Source of the DNA: an uncultured bacterium
GTDB lineage: Bacteria; Babelota; Babeliae; Babelales; Vermiphilaceae
Reading direction: 5' to 3'
Length of the DNA stretch: 64,000 nucleotides
NCBI GenBank assembly: GCA_963727255.1
Contig: CAVSFC010000002.1
Location: 1 to 64,000 of the forward strand
Positions 22,612-47,620 of the stretch are shown in pieces (position 1 is the first letter of the stretch; every line of letters starts with the position of its first letter). The notes below the pieces were generated by a model, which worked only from the letters and a program-made list of their open reading frames with translations, did not search any database and was not told the DNA's origin. A program made the position numbers and the translations under genes.

Positions 22612-24669
22612 CTACATTCCTACTACGATATAATTAAATGGCACATTAAGAGCCGCAACACTGGTAATTGTTGCTGAACTACTGCTTACATTATTTATCG
22701 TTATGAGCGCATTACTGCCATTAAGCGCATTCGCACAAATCACGGGCGGGTTAGCAAATCCTGCATCACTATAATCGATGGTTACTGATCCTGATAATCC
22801 GGTAGTATCCGTTCCGGTAAATAATTTTACTGCAGGGCCTTGCGTGCTGCCCACCACATTCAATGGTGTTGATTGCGTGTTAAAAAGAAGATTGCCTGAA
22901 TTTGAAATATCCCCTCCGATGGTTGCTCCGCCCTCTTGAATAGATAAGGCAGAACCAGAAAAGGGCGCGTTGATTGTCACCGATCCATTATCATCAATCA
23001 AAATCCGTTGAGCACCGTCAGTAGTTATGGAGATACTATTTTGCTGTGCAGAAAATCCGGTCTGATCATTTTCGGCAAATTGTAACGAAGGTATTTGCGC
23101 CGACCCGGGCTGCACAATAAGGGTGCCTAACATCGTATCACCATTCTTAAGCAAATTTTGTGAAGCGGCACCTTGCACATTCCCAAGCAAAGTAGCAGAA
23201 ATTACATTCGCACTAAAATTGCCCAACGTATCTCGCATCACAATTCCGTTAGGAATCGTAAATGAAGTTGCCGAGGTTGCACGATTATCTATTTTTCCGG
23301 GGCTTGCAATAGTTTGCAATTTTGAATCATCGATCAAAGCAGCAGAACTAATATCACTATTGATAATACTGCTCGCAAGATTTAATTTAGAGTATGAAAT
23401 CGCTGCATCGGCAGCAATATTTACATCAGCCAGGCCCATAAGATCAGGCGCATCATTGGCTATGGGAAAAATAAGAATTCCATTATTTCCAAATAATGCA
23501 TCCAGCATACCGCTTGCGGTATACCGTGCAATCACCGCTCCTTCATCGCAAAACCCGCAGACCACTATCGCGCCATCATTTTGAATAGCTAAAGAATTGG
23601 CAGCCGCGTGTTGACCAATCTGAGTAGTCACAATCCCGCCAGTTCCAAAGCTGGTATCCAATAATCCTTCAGCCGTATACCGCATGATGCTCAAGGCAGT
23701 ATCGGAATATCCAACCGCAACAAGAGATCCATCTGCTTGAAGTGCGCAATCATTAATTTGACTCGAGCTGCCGATTGAGGTGGTTACTATTCCATTCACT
23801 CCAAAATTAACATCAAGACTTCCGGTCGGCGTATAACGTACCAGCGCCGATTGATTATTACTTACCCCTGCGCATACGATATAATTATTAGGCAAACTCA
23901 GTAACGAATAGGCGCATGAATCAGAGCCAAGGGGTGTCACAATAGTTCCTACTGAACCCAAACTCGTATCAATTGATCCATCTTCATGAAATCGAATCAG
24001 CGCAAACTCGCGGATGCCTGAGGGGTTAATGGCATATCCTGCTGCCAGAATTTTACCGGAAGTTTGCAATGCAATATCATAAGAACCGGCATTGCCAAAA
24101 ATTCTTTTCATGGCGATTCCGGTCAATCCAAATGCTGAATCATACGTTCCATCCGGATTATATCGCGCAATAATGGTAAGCGGTGCACCACCAACTATGG
24201 CAATACCCGCTGCAACATACTTGCCTTGAGCATCGATTGCAACACTATTGAGTACCGCGCCGGTTCCAATCGAACGAATTAGCAATCCATTTCCGTTAAA
24301 AGTGTTTGAAAAGGTGCCATTGTTGTTATAGCAGGCAATTGCAAACTCTTCCATCGCATCAATTTCTGCGCCCCCAACAAGCACCATCTGATTAGTAGTC
24401 AAACACATCGAGAGCGCTTGTGCAGCCGGGCCAACCCGATTAATCAGATATCCATAGTTTCCATAACTAAAATCACGAGTACCAAATGGATTAACGCGTG
24501 CAGACAAAACCGAGGTCACGCCATTTGCTGTTACCGATCCGGCTGCATGTATAAAGCCGTTGCCATCGATTGCAACACTCGAGAACTGCGCCCGCGAAAC
24601 TCCCGGAGTTGGTATTACCGTGCTAGCGCACGGTAATAAAAAGACTATCAATAAAGAGGCTTGTTTCAT
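22612..24669 (-). CDS. Secreted delta-60-repeat protein with tail-fibre-like shaft (paralogue of 20442)
   Basis: Same domain order; both end in NVPFNY; start MKQASLL after an AAGGAG RBS. Confidence 0.8.
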   Translation of the reverse strand: MKQASLLIVFLLPCASTVIPTPGVSRAQFSSVAIDGNGFIHAAGSVTANGVTSVLSARVNPFGTRDFSYGNYGYLINRVGPAAQALSMCLTTNQMVLVGGAEIDAMEEFAIACYNNNGTFSNTFNGNGLLIRSIGTGAVLNSVAIDAQGKYVAAGIAIVGGAPLTIIARYNPDGTYDSAFGLTGIAMKRIFGNAGSYDIALQTSGKILAAGYAINPSGIREFALIRFHEDGSIDTSLGSVGTIVTPLGSDSCAYSLLSLPNNYIVCAGVSNNQSALVRYTPTGSLDVNFGVNGIVTTSIGSSSQINDCALQADGSLVAVGYSDTALSIMRYTAEGLLDTSFGTGGIVTTQIGQHAAANSLAIQNDGAIVVCGFCDEGAVIARYTASGMLDALFGNNGILIFPIANDAPDLMGLADVNIAADAAISYSKLNLASSIINSDISSAALIDDSKLQTIASPGKIDNRATSATSFTIPNGIVMRDTLGNFSANVISATLLGNVQGAASQNLLKNGDTMLGTLIVQPGSAQIPSLQFAENDQTGFSAQQNSISITTDGAQRILIDDNGSVTINAPFSGSALSIQEGGATIGGDISNSGNLLFNTQSTPLNVVGSTQGPAVKLFTGTDTTGLSGSVTIDYSDAGFANPPVICANALNGSNALITINNVSSSSATITSVAALNVPFNYIVVGM

Positions 24670-24688
24670 ACTATTTTCACTCCTTTTT

Positions 24689-25996
24689 TTAATAAACACC
24701 AACCGTTACCACCACATCACCCGTTTGCGCATTTTCACTACTAAAAACTGCAAGAGAAAAATCATTATTTGCAAGAAAGGTGGCTGAGGTAGTGAGTAAC
24801 GTTGCATCAGTGGTATTATCAGTCAATGTGATGGTTAAGGGTGTATTGTTGCCATTCACGAGTAACGTAAACGTTGTCGATTCACCGGTTCCGGGTGGCG
24901 TGATCGCATGAACACTCATCGCATACGCAAGTCCTTTTTGAAAAAGATGCAGCAATACCGGAAACTCTGTTGCTTCACCAGTGCCTGGTCTTAAATAAAA
25001 AATTACTTCAGTTGGCCCGATCGGACTATCCGGTTCAGCCCATGTAAAGGTTTCGGGAAAAAGCAAATTAGTAAATCCTAATAGGTTGGCCGTTGAATTA
25101 ATTAAATAGAGCGCAGTAATTTGTAATGTTCCTGCAGTACGTGAGATATCGGCCGTTTGTCCGCCTGAAGCACCCGAACCCACCCCTAAGATCGCACCGG
25201 GATTATTAACCTCCAAGCCAATACTATTATTACCAAAAACCTCGCCTACTGAGCTGATAACTTCAATTATCGAGGGACTATCAACATACACCCAACGCGC
25301 AGGCCGCCCCGTTCCGCTTACCATTATGGCAGTCACACCCCCAAAAATTACATCTTCGCTGCTCAAATCAGCATCACCCGTAAAGTGAATCCCATAAACG
25401 GGCGATGTTCCGGCACCGGCATACGTAGCATTAATGGTAATATTTACATTATAAAGGGTGATTCCTACTTGCGGTAAGTGTCCGGGATGAACTACTGCGC
25501 GCATTTGCACATCTTCTGCTGAAGACATGATTAAGGTTGCCTGTTGAAGCACCCCTCCTTCTCCAATAGTAACCAAATCAGTCGGTTGCGTAACATTAAG
25601 CGCTTGTATAATCACGGCGGCATGAGAAATTCCGGTCACAACTACTCCTGCCGGAATAGTTATTGTTTCATTATACGTTCCGGGACCAATCCAAACCACA
25701 TTTCCAGGCGATACGGCCGCAAGCGCTGCGCCAATTGTTAAAAACGGAGAACCGCCAACCTTTGCCGTGGCATCGCAACCATATTCTTGATCAACGCGCG
25801 CGGTATTGCCAAAAAAAACATTTCCCAATCCAAAAACATTCAAACCGCAAAATGAAGGAGAGCCTGCCGTAGCACACGTTCGTAACTGCAACGCTCTTGC
25901 ATGCGAGTGAATCCTGAGAGAACTGAAAAGAAAGCATACGATGACCGATACCGATGCAATCTGAAAAATATCCGAGAGTAGATACAAACGATTCAT
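24689..25996 (-). CDS. Secreted beta-helix/pectin-lyase-like hypothetical protein
   Basis: RVDQEYGCD..PFLTIGAALAAVSPGNVVWIGPGTYNE cap motif typical of right-handed beta-helix proteins. Confidence 0.6.
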   Translation of the reverse strand: MNRLYLLSDIFQIASVSVIVCFLFSSLRIHSHARALQLRTCATAGSPSFCGLNVFGLGNVFFGNTARVDQEYGCDATAKVGGSPFLTIGAALAAVSPGNVVWIGPGTYNETITIPAGVVVTGISHAAVIIQALNVTQPTDLVTIGEGGVLQQATLIMSSAEDVQMRAVVHPGHLPQVGITLYNVNITINATYAGAGTSPVYGIHFTGDADLSSEDVIFGGVTAIMVSGTGRPARWVYVDSPSIIEVISSVGEVFGNNSIGLEVNNPGAILGVGSGASGGQTADISRTAGTLQITALYLINSTANLLGFTNLLFPETFTWAEPDSPIGPTEVIFYLRPGTGEATEFPVLLHLFQKGLAYAMSVHAITPPGTGESTTFTLLVNGNNTPLTITLTDNTTDATLLTTSATFLANNDFSLAVFSSENAQTGDVVVTVGVY

Positions 25997-26008
25997 TACC
26001 TAAATTCC

Positions 26009-34103
<8,095 letters not shown>

Positions 34104-34109
34104 GAAAAC

Positions 34110-34274
34110 CTATGAGATCTTTGTTATTGTTATGGTAATGCTCGAACGAATACCATTAAGCGCAAGGATATGGCTCAGCTCATTGCGCGCCGCAAGAGAA
34201 TCTTTAATTAGTGAATTAGGATAAGAATTTATAAAGGCTATTAAAGCAAAAATTAAAAATAGAAAATTCTTCAT
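34110..34274 (-). CDS. 54-aa signal-peptide mini-protein / internally deleted paralogue of 42499..43203
   Basis: AAGGA RBS; MKNFLFLIFALIAFINSYPNSLIKDSLAARNELSHILALNGIRSSITITITKIS*; the C-terminus matches NGIRPSITLTISKVS*. Confidence 0.65.
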   Translation of the reverse strand: MKNFLFLIFALIAFINSYPNSLIKDSLAARNELSHILALNGIRSSITITITKIS

Positions 34275-34453
34275 TGTATATCCTTTTTATTTTCTTTGAA
34301 CCTATAAAAAATAAAAAGAAAAAGAAAGCAAAATTAAAAAACCTCTAAAAATAACGTTAAGAGCTCCCACCAAAAGGTTTAGGATTTAATTAAGTAAACG
34401 CTCAGGAGCAATCAGTTGCAGCTACTAATAGATTTGCAAGAGATAAAAATCTA

Positions 34454-36153
34454 TTAGTAGAGTGCATCTGCAGTCACTGCGACCATAGTATATACCTCAT
34501 TACCAAAACCTGTGGCAATACCAAATCCATTATTAGCCTCAGTTGTGGCGCATATGTGCTGAATTTCAAAGACACTCGCTTGAGAAATTGAAAACTGGCC
34601 CCGAATAAATGAAGTAGTCATTGATCCACCACTACTTGGCGAAAAGGCACTGGTGCCCAAAAGCTGAGTGGTGCCACTGGTAATGTTCTGTAATCGTGCC
34701 TGATGCCCATTAACAAGATATGCCGGCGCATTAGCATTGATGGTATAAAGCCCTGGCTGGAGGGTAAACTGATTATTTGCAAGCGTCGCAATTCCTGTAT
34801 TGCTGAGGGTATTCAATGTTCTTATCTGCCATGAACCCGCAGTAAACGTACCCCCATTGGTACCGGATGCTTCAGTCTCTGTTATCATTACAGAACTGCT
34901 GGCCACATTAACCACTCCGTTGATTTGCCATAAACTATCCAGCACGCCGGTGCTCTTATACGCAACAACAAGATAATCACTCACGCCAGTATTAACGATT
35001 GAACCAACACTTAAAATATCGCCCGTGCTAAGTATTTGAAGCGCATTTCCCGCGCTATCCCCTTGATACGAAAAAATCACATATCCGGTTGTATTAAAGG
35101 TAGTATCAAGCACACCCGCTGAAGTATACCGAATCACCAATAATGAATCGTCAGAAATTCCGGTCATCACGATATTTCCAGAACTATCAATTGCCACATC
35201 GGTTGCTTGGCTGCTCGTGCCAAGAGTATTTAAAACGATGCCATTGGTACCAAAACTTGTATTGAGCACCCCGCTGGAAGTATAAGCGGCCATACATAAA
35301 GAACTATCAGAAGAACCTGCAACTATAATTGCTCCGGATGATGTAACCGCAATCCCCATTGCTTTTGACCTGACACCTATTTGAGTTGTAACTACTCCCG
35401 GTTGGCTGCCCCCACTATTAAAGGAAGTATCAAGAGTTCCATTAGTATTAAACCGTGCTATAGCAAACTGATTGCCAGAAGAAAACGAAGCAACTCCCGC
35501 AACTAGAATTTTACCGTCTGATTGGATTGCAATCGCATTGCCAACTGTACTATACCCAATCTGCAAAGTAGCAACTCCGGGAGTTGATCCCGATGCATTG
35601 AACGAGGCATCAAGGCTTCCCGCGCTGGTATATCGTGCAACAAAAAGCTGCGGCACGTATGAAAAATTGGCAACACCCGCAACCAGAATATTTCCACTCG
35701 AATCAAGCGCCGCTGCGTTGCCGCTTGCACCACTGCCTAATGGGGTGGTAACAATACCATTCGTTCCAAAACTGTTGTTTAATGAACCATTACTTTCATA
35801 ACAGGCTAGCGCAATCTGGGTTGCCCCACCTATCATTGCATAGCCAACGGCAATACTCTGCCCATTCGATTTGTTTACAATTGCCAACGCAGTCGCACTT
35901 GTGCCGATAGCAGTGGTCGCCACACCCGTTCCGTTAAACGAATCATCCAAACTTCCATTGGCCAGATATTGAGCCACCACAAACTGATTGGTGTTATTAA
36001 CAACCCCAACACCGGCAACTATAGTTGCACCACTTGCTTCAAGAGCGCAAGCGTTAGCTTGTGCTTGGGTAATTGTTATGGCATGCACACTCAAAGATAT
36101 CTGGAAGATGCTAAAAAAAATGCTCAGTCTTTGTATTTTTTTCATTGGTATCA

Positions 36154-36154
<1 letters not shown>
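34454..36154 (-). CDS. Secreted delta-60-repeat propeller protein with C-terminal beta-sandwich domain (paralogue of 18674)
   Basis: Delta-60-type repeats; GTNGGTFTAGSWQIRTLN..NNQFTLQPGLY..HQARLQNIT; start overlaps the upstream stop (TAATG). Confidence 0.8.
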
Positions 36155-42498
<6,344 letters not shown>

Positions 42499-43203
42499 TT
42501 AAGAAACCTTAGAAATTGTTAATGTTATACTTGGGCGAATGCCATTAACAGGGGTTAGAATTGAACTATTGCCACTATTTGCCTCAAGCTGAACAAATTG
42601 TGTTCCGCCTGTAAATTGAAGTTTTAAAGTATCGTTGACTGCAAAGCTGACAATAAATGAACGAGTTAATTCTAACGGGCGATTATTGGTCGGTTGCTGA
42701 ATTGATCCTTGGCTACCGGCAATTTCTGAACCATTTTGAAGAGCAATAATACTAATATCAGTGAGTTGCGAATCAGTAATTCTGCAAATCGCATCATATT
42801 CGATCAAATAATTACCCGCCTGTAAACAGGTAAATGTTGAATCCCCTAATGTGTGTGTCCAGCCATTAATGATTGGATCATCGGTAAAGGTGATATCCTC
42901 AAATGTGGGGGCCGGTACGCCAACCGTTTGAGTTTCAGAACTATAAGAAAAAACTGCTGCTGCATTAGAATTAATAGTGCCGCACACGGTGAGATTGCCG
43001 GATATTTGAGCATCGAGGCTTATACACAGATCTTGCCCTGAGATAATGCCCGGTGAATATATATTATCAAAAGTCGCAAAGCACGTGCCGCCCGTTGGAC
43101 ACGCAGGACAGGTGACTGTGGTTGTTATACTCTCCATGGAATTTGTTTGATGAAAATAAAAAAATAGGCACGTAAAAAAATAGATAAGGACAATTTGCTT
43201 CAT
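42499..43203 (-). CDS. Secreted protein with BclA/C1q-like C-terminal domain (first gene of the fibre array)
   Basis: Signal peptide, CPACP motif, INGWTH..STFTCLQAGNYLIEY..NGSEIAGSQ, similar to the tip of the 26009 protein. Confidence 0.75.
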   Translation of the reverse strand: MKQIVLIYFFTCLFFYFHQTNSMESITTTVTCPACPTGGTCFATFDNIYSPGIISGQDLCISLDAQISGNLTVCGTINSNAAAVFSYSSETQTVGVPAPTFEDITFTDDPIINGWTHTLGDSTFTCLQAGNYLIEYDAICRITDSQLTDISIIALQNGSEIAGSQGSIQQPTNNRPLELTRSFIVSFAVNDTLKLQFTGGTQFVQLEANSGNSSILTPVNGIRPSITLTISKVS

Positions 43204-43405
43204 ATTAACCCTTTAATTCAGATTGCTTAACACTAGATCGATGCTAAAAAAATTCTATTAAAAAAACAAGGCTTTAAATATTTTTGCATTTCATCAACAA
43301 TAATTTTAGATCGATAAAAAATAGGATTGCCACTTGCACAGTTCTTTTTTCTTGTATAGCATTGCCCGCGAAAGAAAAAATATCTCAGACTCTTTAGGAT
43401 TCTCT

Positions 43406-44944
43406 ATGAAAAAAATAATTTTTTTAGCATTTTTTATAACCCAAATATCAATAATTGCCGCGGGAGCCCGTGTTACTATCATCACCCCATTTTCTGCAGC
43501 TGACCCAGTCAAAGATTTCTTAAAAGAAATAACGAGCCATGATTATTTTGGAAAGACCGAGTTAATTATGATCACGATCAATCCAGGCAGTTTAGAAGAA
43601 CAAGAAATTAGCAAATATCACTATACATTCCGTAATATTAAATATCTTGTTGGTTCTGCAACCCAAACCATCAGTGCCCTTTTTAATCAGGCAATCGAAG
43701 CCGCTCAAGGAGAATTTATCACATTGATGCGCATTGAAGATTATCGGGATCCTCAAACGGTTAAAATGCAAATCGCTGCGCTTGAGAATAATGCATCTCT
43801 GGATGTGGTGTATTCTGATTATCACACCTCTTATTCGCCCAATACTCCAACCGATAAAGCTGATAATTGGTACCTGAATGAATTGCCTGAGTTTCATCCA
43901 CGCTGGCTCTATCGCGATATACCCGGATCTCATGCAATGTGGCGCAAATCATTGCATGAAACTATGGGTTTATTTAAAGAAGATTTTATCTTCCATTACC
44001 AATGGGAATTCTGGAATCGTTGTGGCCAAAATGGAGTTCAGTTCCAAAAAGTCCACGCAAGACCGGGAACCTACTTCTTTAATTATTTCGATCAAAAAAA
44101 GATTTTAATTGGAGAACAAGATTATGCAAAAAGTTATGATGAAGAAAAATATATTCATGATCAATATCAAAACATGTGGACCTCATTGCAGTTTGAAGAA
44201 AAACCATTTGTGATTATTACTCCATCCTATAAGAATAAAGATTGGTATAAACGTAATATCGATTCGATCATCAATCAAAACTATACCAATTATCGCATTA
44301 TCTATATTGATGATAAATCACCCGATCAAACGGGAAAATTAGTACAAGAATATGTAAAATCATTAGGCAAAGAAGATAGAATTAGCATCATTATCAATGA
44401 AGAAAATATTGGTGCGCTAGCAAACATTTATAAAGCAGTCCATTCATGCAAGCCGCATGAAATATGCATCATTGTTGATGGTGATGATGCACTAATCCAT
44501 AATGATGTCTTAAAACACTTAAACCTGGTTTATCAGGATCCTAATATCTGGCTCACCTACGGGCAATTTGAATGGTTCCCTGCACGCATTCCTGGTTTTG
44601 TATTTCAAGTTCCATATTGGGTAATAGAAAAAAATTGCATTCGGGAATATCGTTGGATCACTACCCATTTGCGAACATTCTACGCTGGTCTTTTTCATAA
44701 GATAAAAGAGGAAGACCTTAAATTTGAAGATACATTTTATCAAGCTGCCTGGGATTTAGGCATGATGTATCCGATGGTAGAGATGGCTTCTTATCATATT
44801 CGATTCATGAATGAAATTCTTTATAGCTATAACACCGCAAACCAAATTAACGATAATAAAGTAAAAGCAGATCTTCAGGCTAAAATCGATTATTTTATCA
44901 GGCACAAAGAACGATATACTCCGATTGCAGACTGGAGAAATTAG
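43406..44944 (+). CDS. Two-domain GT2 glycosyltransferase with signal peptide
   Basis: Domain 1 degenerate GT-A (PGSHAMWRKSLHE); domain 2 IITPSYKN..YIDDKSPD..IVDGDD..HLRTFYA; likely start MKKIIFLAFF at 43406. Confidence 0.85.
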   Translation: MKKIIFLAFFITQISIIAAGARVTIITPFSAADPVKDFLKEITSHDYFGKTELIMITINPGSLEEQEISKYHYTFRNIKYLVGSATQTISALFNQAIEAAQGEFITLMRIEDYRDPQTVKMQIAALENNASLDVVYSDYHTSYSPNTPTDKADNWYLNELPEFHPRWLYRDIPGSHAMWRKSLHETMGLFKEDFIFHYQWEFWNRCGQNGVQFQKVHARPGTYFFNYFDQKKILIGEQDYAKSYDEEKYIHDQYQNMWTSLQFEEKPFVIITPSYKNKDWYKRNIDSIINQNYTNYRIIYIDDKSPDQTGKLVQEYVKSLGKEDRISIIINEENIGALANIYKAVHSCKPHEICIIVDGDDALIHNDVLKHLNLVYQDPNIWLTYGQFEWFPARIPGFVFQVPYWVIEKNCIREYRWITTHLRTFYAGLFHKIKEEDLKFEDTFYQAAWDLGMMYPMVEMASYHIRFMNEILYSYNTANQINDNKVKADLQAKIDYFIRHKERYTPIADWRN

Positions 44945-45720
44945 GGTATCTGGAACTCTTTATGATTTTTAGAAAGCGCCAATACTTTTGGCATAAAAGG
45001 TAAATTCCAATATTCCGGATAACAATAGGAAGGCGAGAGAATTACCGTGGGAGGGTTATCGATAAAATAGCGATTAAGATGGCTTTCATCATGCCATTTA
45101 GCAATAATATTACGAGCAAGATCCTGCTCGATTCGTTCATTGCACGTGCGAGCCATTTTTAAAAATTCATCTTTAGTGCCACCATAAAATCCACCACAAA
45201 AGTAATGAGCCCCGTGGCCTTGGGGCACAAAGGCACATGAAAGCTCATTTCTATCATAATCATCACGCCGCTGCTCCGGCAAACAAAATCCTGGATGATG
45301 GGTTGCAACCCGTTCACCAAGAATCTCATCGCCAACAGGATCTACAAAAAGCATATCTGCATCAGTCGCAAATAAATAATCCATATCTTCAAAAGCGGCA
45401 GCAGCAGCATAATACACTTTAAAACGCATCATAGTATCAAAAGGCCAGCCAAGCCTTTTTTGTTCAATACGAACAATATGATCTGATTTTGGCACTTGAC
45501 CATCCGTAAAAATAAAATAGGTCCGCTCATGATTTAGCAAAAAATATTTATCTGCCGAAGCGCATAATTTCTCTAAAAAACCGGTGTATTTGCCGGTTGC
45601 CATAATGAGTAGCCCAACTTTATATTTTCCTTGCTCGTGCGCATATGCAAACAATGAACCTAAACTTAAAACGAATAGTAATAAAAAATGGGGCTTCAAT
45701 TGTTTTAGATTCAGATTCAT
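44941..45720 (-). CDS. GT6 family (ABO/alpha-1,3-Gal/GalNAc transferase-like) glycosyltransferase
   Basis: ATGKY, FIFTD, GWPFDTMMRF, DADM (DXD), HPGF, FCGGFYGG, WHDESHLNRYF, LSPSYCYPE. Confidence 0.92.
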   Translation of the reverse strand: MNLNLKQLKPHFLLLFVLSLGSLFAYAHEQGKYKVGLLIMATGKYTGFLEKLCASADKYFLLNHERTYFIFTDGQVPKSDHIVRIEQKRLGWPFDTMMRFKVYYAAAAAFEDMDYLFATDADMLFVDPVGDEILGERVATHHPGFCLPEQRRDDYDRNELSCAFVPQGHGAHYFCGGFYGGTKDEFLKMARTCNERIEQDLARNIIAKWHDESHLNRYFIDNPPTVILSPSYCYPEYWNLPFMPKVLALSKNHKEFQIP

Positions 45721-45738
45721 GGGGTAAAATTCCTTTTC

Positions 45739-46707
45739 TTATTGATATTCCGGCACAATACAAGTCTCATGATTCATTTCAAAATTAATCTCATCGATAA
45801 AGGTAGTGCCATCAATTACCAGCCCGTGTGCTGGAGAAATTGCTAATGCATAATTTCCTAATTTAGATGCAATATAAGAAAAGTTAGAATCCGCACGTAT
45901 TAAACAATCAAACTTTAATAATGCAAAAAAATCATCTAAAACATTAACAAATTCATTATTAAGCGTTGTTCGGCAATCAAAGAGCATTCGATCGCAACGC
46001 ACTGCTTGTTTATATTTTTCTAAAAGCTCAAGCGGATTATCATGATCAGTAAAAAGATATACATAGATCTGAGAATCGCCAAATAAGGCTGCAATTTTTT
46101 TAAGCTGCGCAATAAAAAATGAATCAGGAGCAAACCGCAAAGGATGTGATGCGGTTAATTGCTCCGGGGTAATTCTATAGTTAGGAATATCCCACCCGGT
46201 TCCTCTCCTCACATGCACTGCAACGCTCAGACAATCACGTGGAATTTCAGGCGTTTTAACATCACAAAGAGGGCTAATCATTTGTTGCAATATGCCTTTA
46301 AATGCGGGCAGCTGCCATTCAACGGTAAATAAATAAGGAAAATCAGTATCATTTCTATTGAAGATTGATTCAGGAAAAAATGGAATAATATACAGATCAC
46401 CACTTTGAGGATCTATTTGTGTATTCTTATTGGCAACAATCACGCGAGAGAATTGTTGTTCCAATTCAGGGGTATAATGAATCTCTAAATAATGCATCCA
46501 TAATTGATCAGAATAATTAAAGGGCTTATATAAAAGCGGAATATTATACCGATATGAAATCCATTTGGCATGGCAATATGAAACCAAATTATCACCGAAG
46601 CGACCACCACTAAAATCATAGGTAACTGCACTTGATTTCGCTTTGAGATCCCCAATGCAAATAATACCCAATACAAAAATAGTAATAGAGATTTTTCTGC
46701 GCAGCAT
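45739..46707 (-). CDS. GT11-like glycosyltransferase with signal peptide
   Basis: GGRFGDNL, VAVHVRRG, YLFTDHD, DFFALLKFDCLIRADSNFS. Confidence 0.7.
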   Translation of the reverse strand: MLRRKISITIFVLGIICIGDLKAKSSAVTYDFSGGRFGDNLVSYCHAKWISYRYNIPLLYKPFNYSDQLWMHYLEIHYTPELEQQFSRVIVANKNTQIDPQSGDLYIIPFFPESIFNRNDTDFPYLFTVEWQLPAFKGILQQMISPLCDVKTPEIPRDCLSVAVHVRRGTGWDIPNYRITPEQLTASHPLRFAPDSFFIAQLKKIAALFGDSQIYVYLFTDHDNPLELLEKYKQAVRCDRMLFDCRTTLNNEFVNVLDDFFALLKFDCLIRADSNFSYIASKLGNYALAISPAHGLVIDGTTFIDEINFEMNHETCIVPEYQ

Positions 46708-46728
46708 AAAAAAACCAACAGTTAAAGA

Positions 46729-47442
46729 TTAGTTATCCGAAACCATGATATGGAGTATGCATTCATCTTTGTGTTTTACTTCCTGCCAGATAAAACTTTT
46801 TACTTTTTCAAGCGAGTTCAAAAATGATTCCATCTTAGATTTACTATATTGATTATGATAGATAGGATATCCATTAGTATCTGCAACTACCATTCGATCA
46901 TTTGCGGCTGCGGTCGGCTTAATAAAGAAAACAATGAGCACCTCTTTCTTAGCAACCCGAACCATCTCTTCAATGGCATCTTTATATGCATCAAGATGCT
47001 CTAAAATAAAACGAGCGTAAACAACATCAAAAGCATCATCGCCACAAGGAATATCTTGTATTCTGCCCACTTGCGCCGGAATTCCGCGTTCTTTTACTTT
47101 AACAATGAATGTTGGCGATATATCAATTCCCAAATAAGTAAGATCGCGGCACGATTTTTTGAGGCCTTCATAATCTACTGCCAGGCCGCAGGCAATATCC
47201 AAGACTGATTGATATCCCTTATTAATAATGTGCAAGCGCGCTAAAATACGGGAAATTGCATTTTCATTTCCTTGCCAAAGCATAAAATCATCAAGCGATT
47301 TTTTTTCTCTGCATTTAATCTCCCACCACTTTTCATATTCTTTTAACGGCCCAACAGCATACGAAGGCTTTTCTACAGTGCTCTGTAGAAAACTTGGTAC
47401 CAATACTGCAACAAAAGACATTAAGCGTATAATTTTATTCAT
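46729..47442 (-). CDS. Class I SAM-dependent methyltransferase with signal peptide
   Basis: VLDIACG, YLGIDIS, FDVVYARFILEHL, EMVRVAK. Confidence 0.85.
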   Translation of the reverse strand: MNKIIRLMSFVAVLVPSFLQSTVEKPSYAVGPLKEYEKWWEIKCREKKSLDDFMLWQGNENAISRILARLHIINKGYQSVLDIACGLAVDYEGLKKSCRDLTYLGIDISPTFIVKVKERGIPAQVGRIQDIPCGDDAFDVVYARFILEHLDAYKDAIEEMVRVAKKEVLIVFFIKPTAAANDRMVVADTNGYPIYHNQYSKSKMESFLNSLEKVKSFIWQEVKHKDECILHIMVSDN

Positions 47443-47470
47443 CGCGATACTCCTATTTTTTAAAACTCAC

Positions 47471-47549
47471 CCGTTCACTTTGAGGCCATAGGCCGAATGA
47501 GAAGTCATTTTTTATTTCTCGACTCGCATGATCTCGCTCGAAACGAACG
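47471..47549. repeat. Intergenic copy of the palindromic repeat family
   Basis: Shares TTTCTCGACTCG and CTCGCTCGAAACGAA with 2729-2765; starts CCGTTC..TGAG. Confidence 0.65.
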
Positions 47550-47620
47550 ATTACTATTTTTTGCAAGATCTCTCTTTTTCTACTCTAAATAGTTAATTTT
47601 TTCATTTTCTCCTTTTCACA

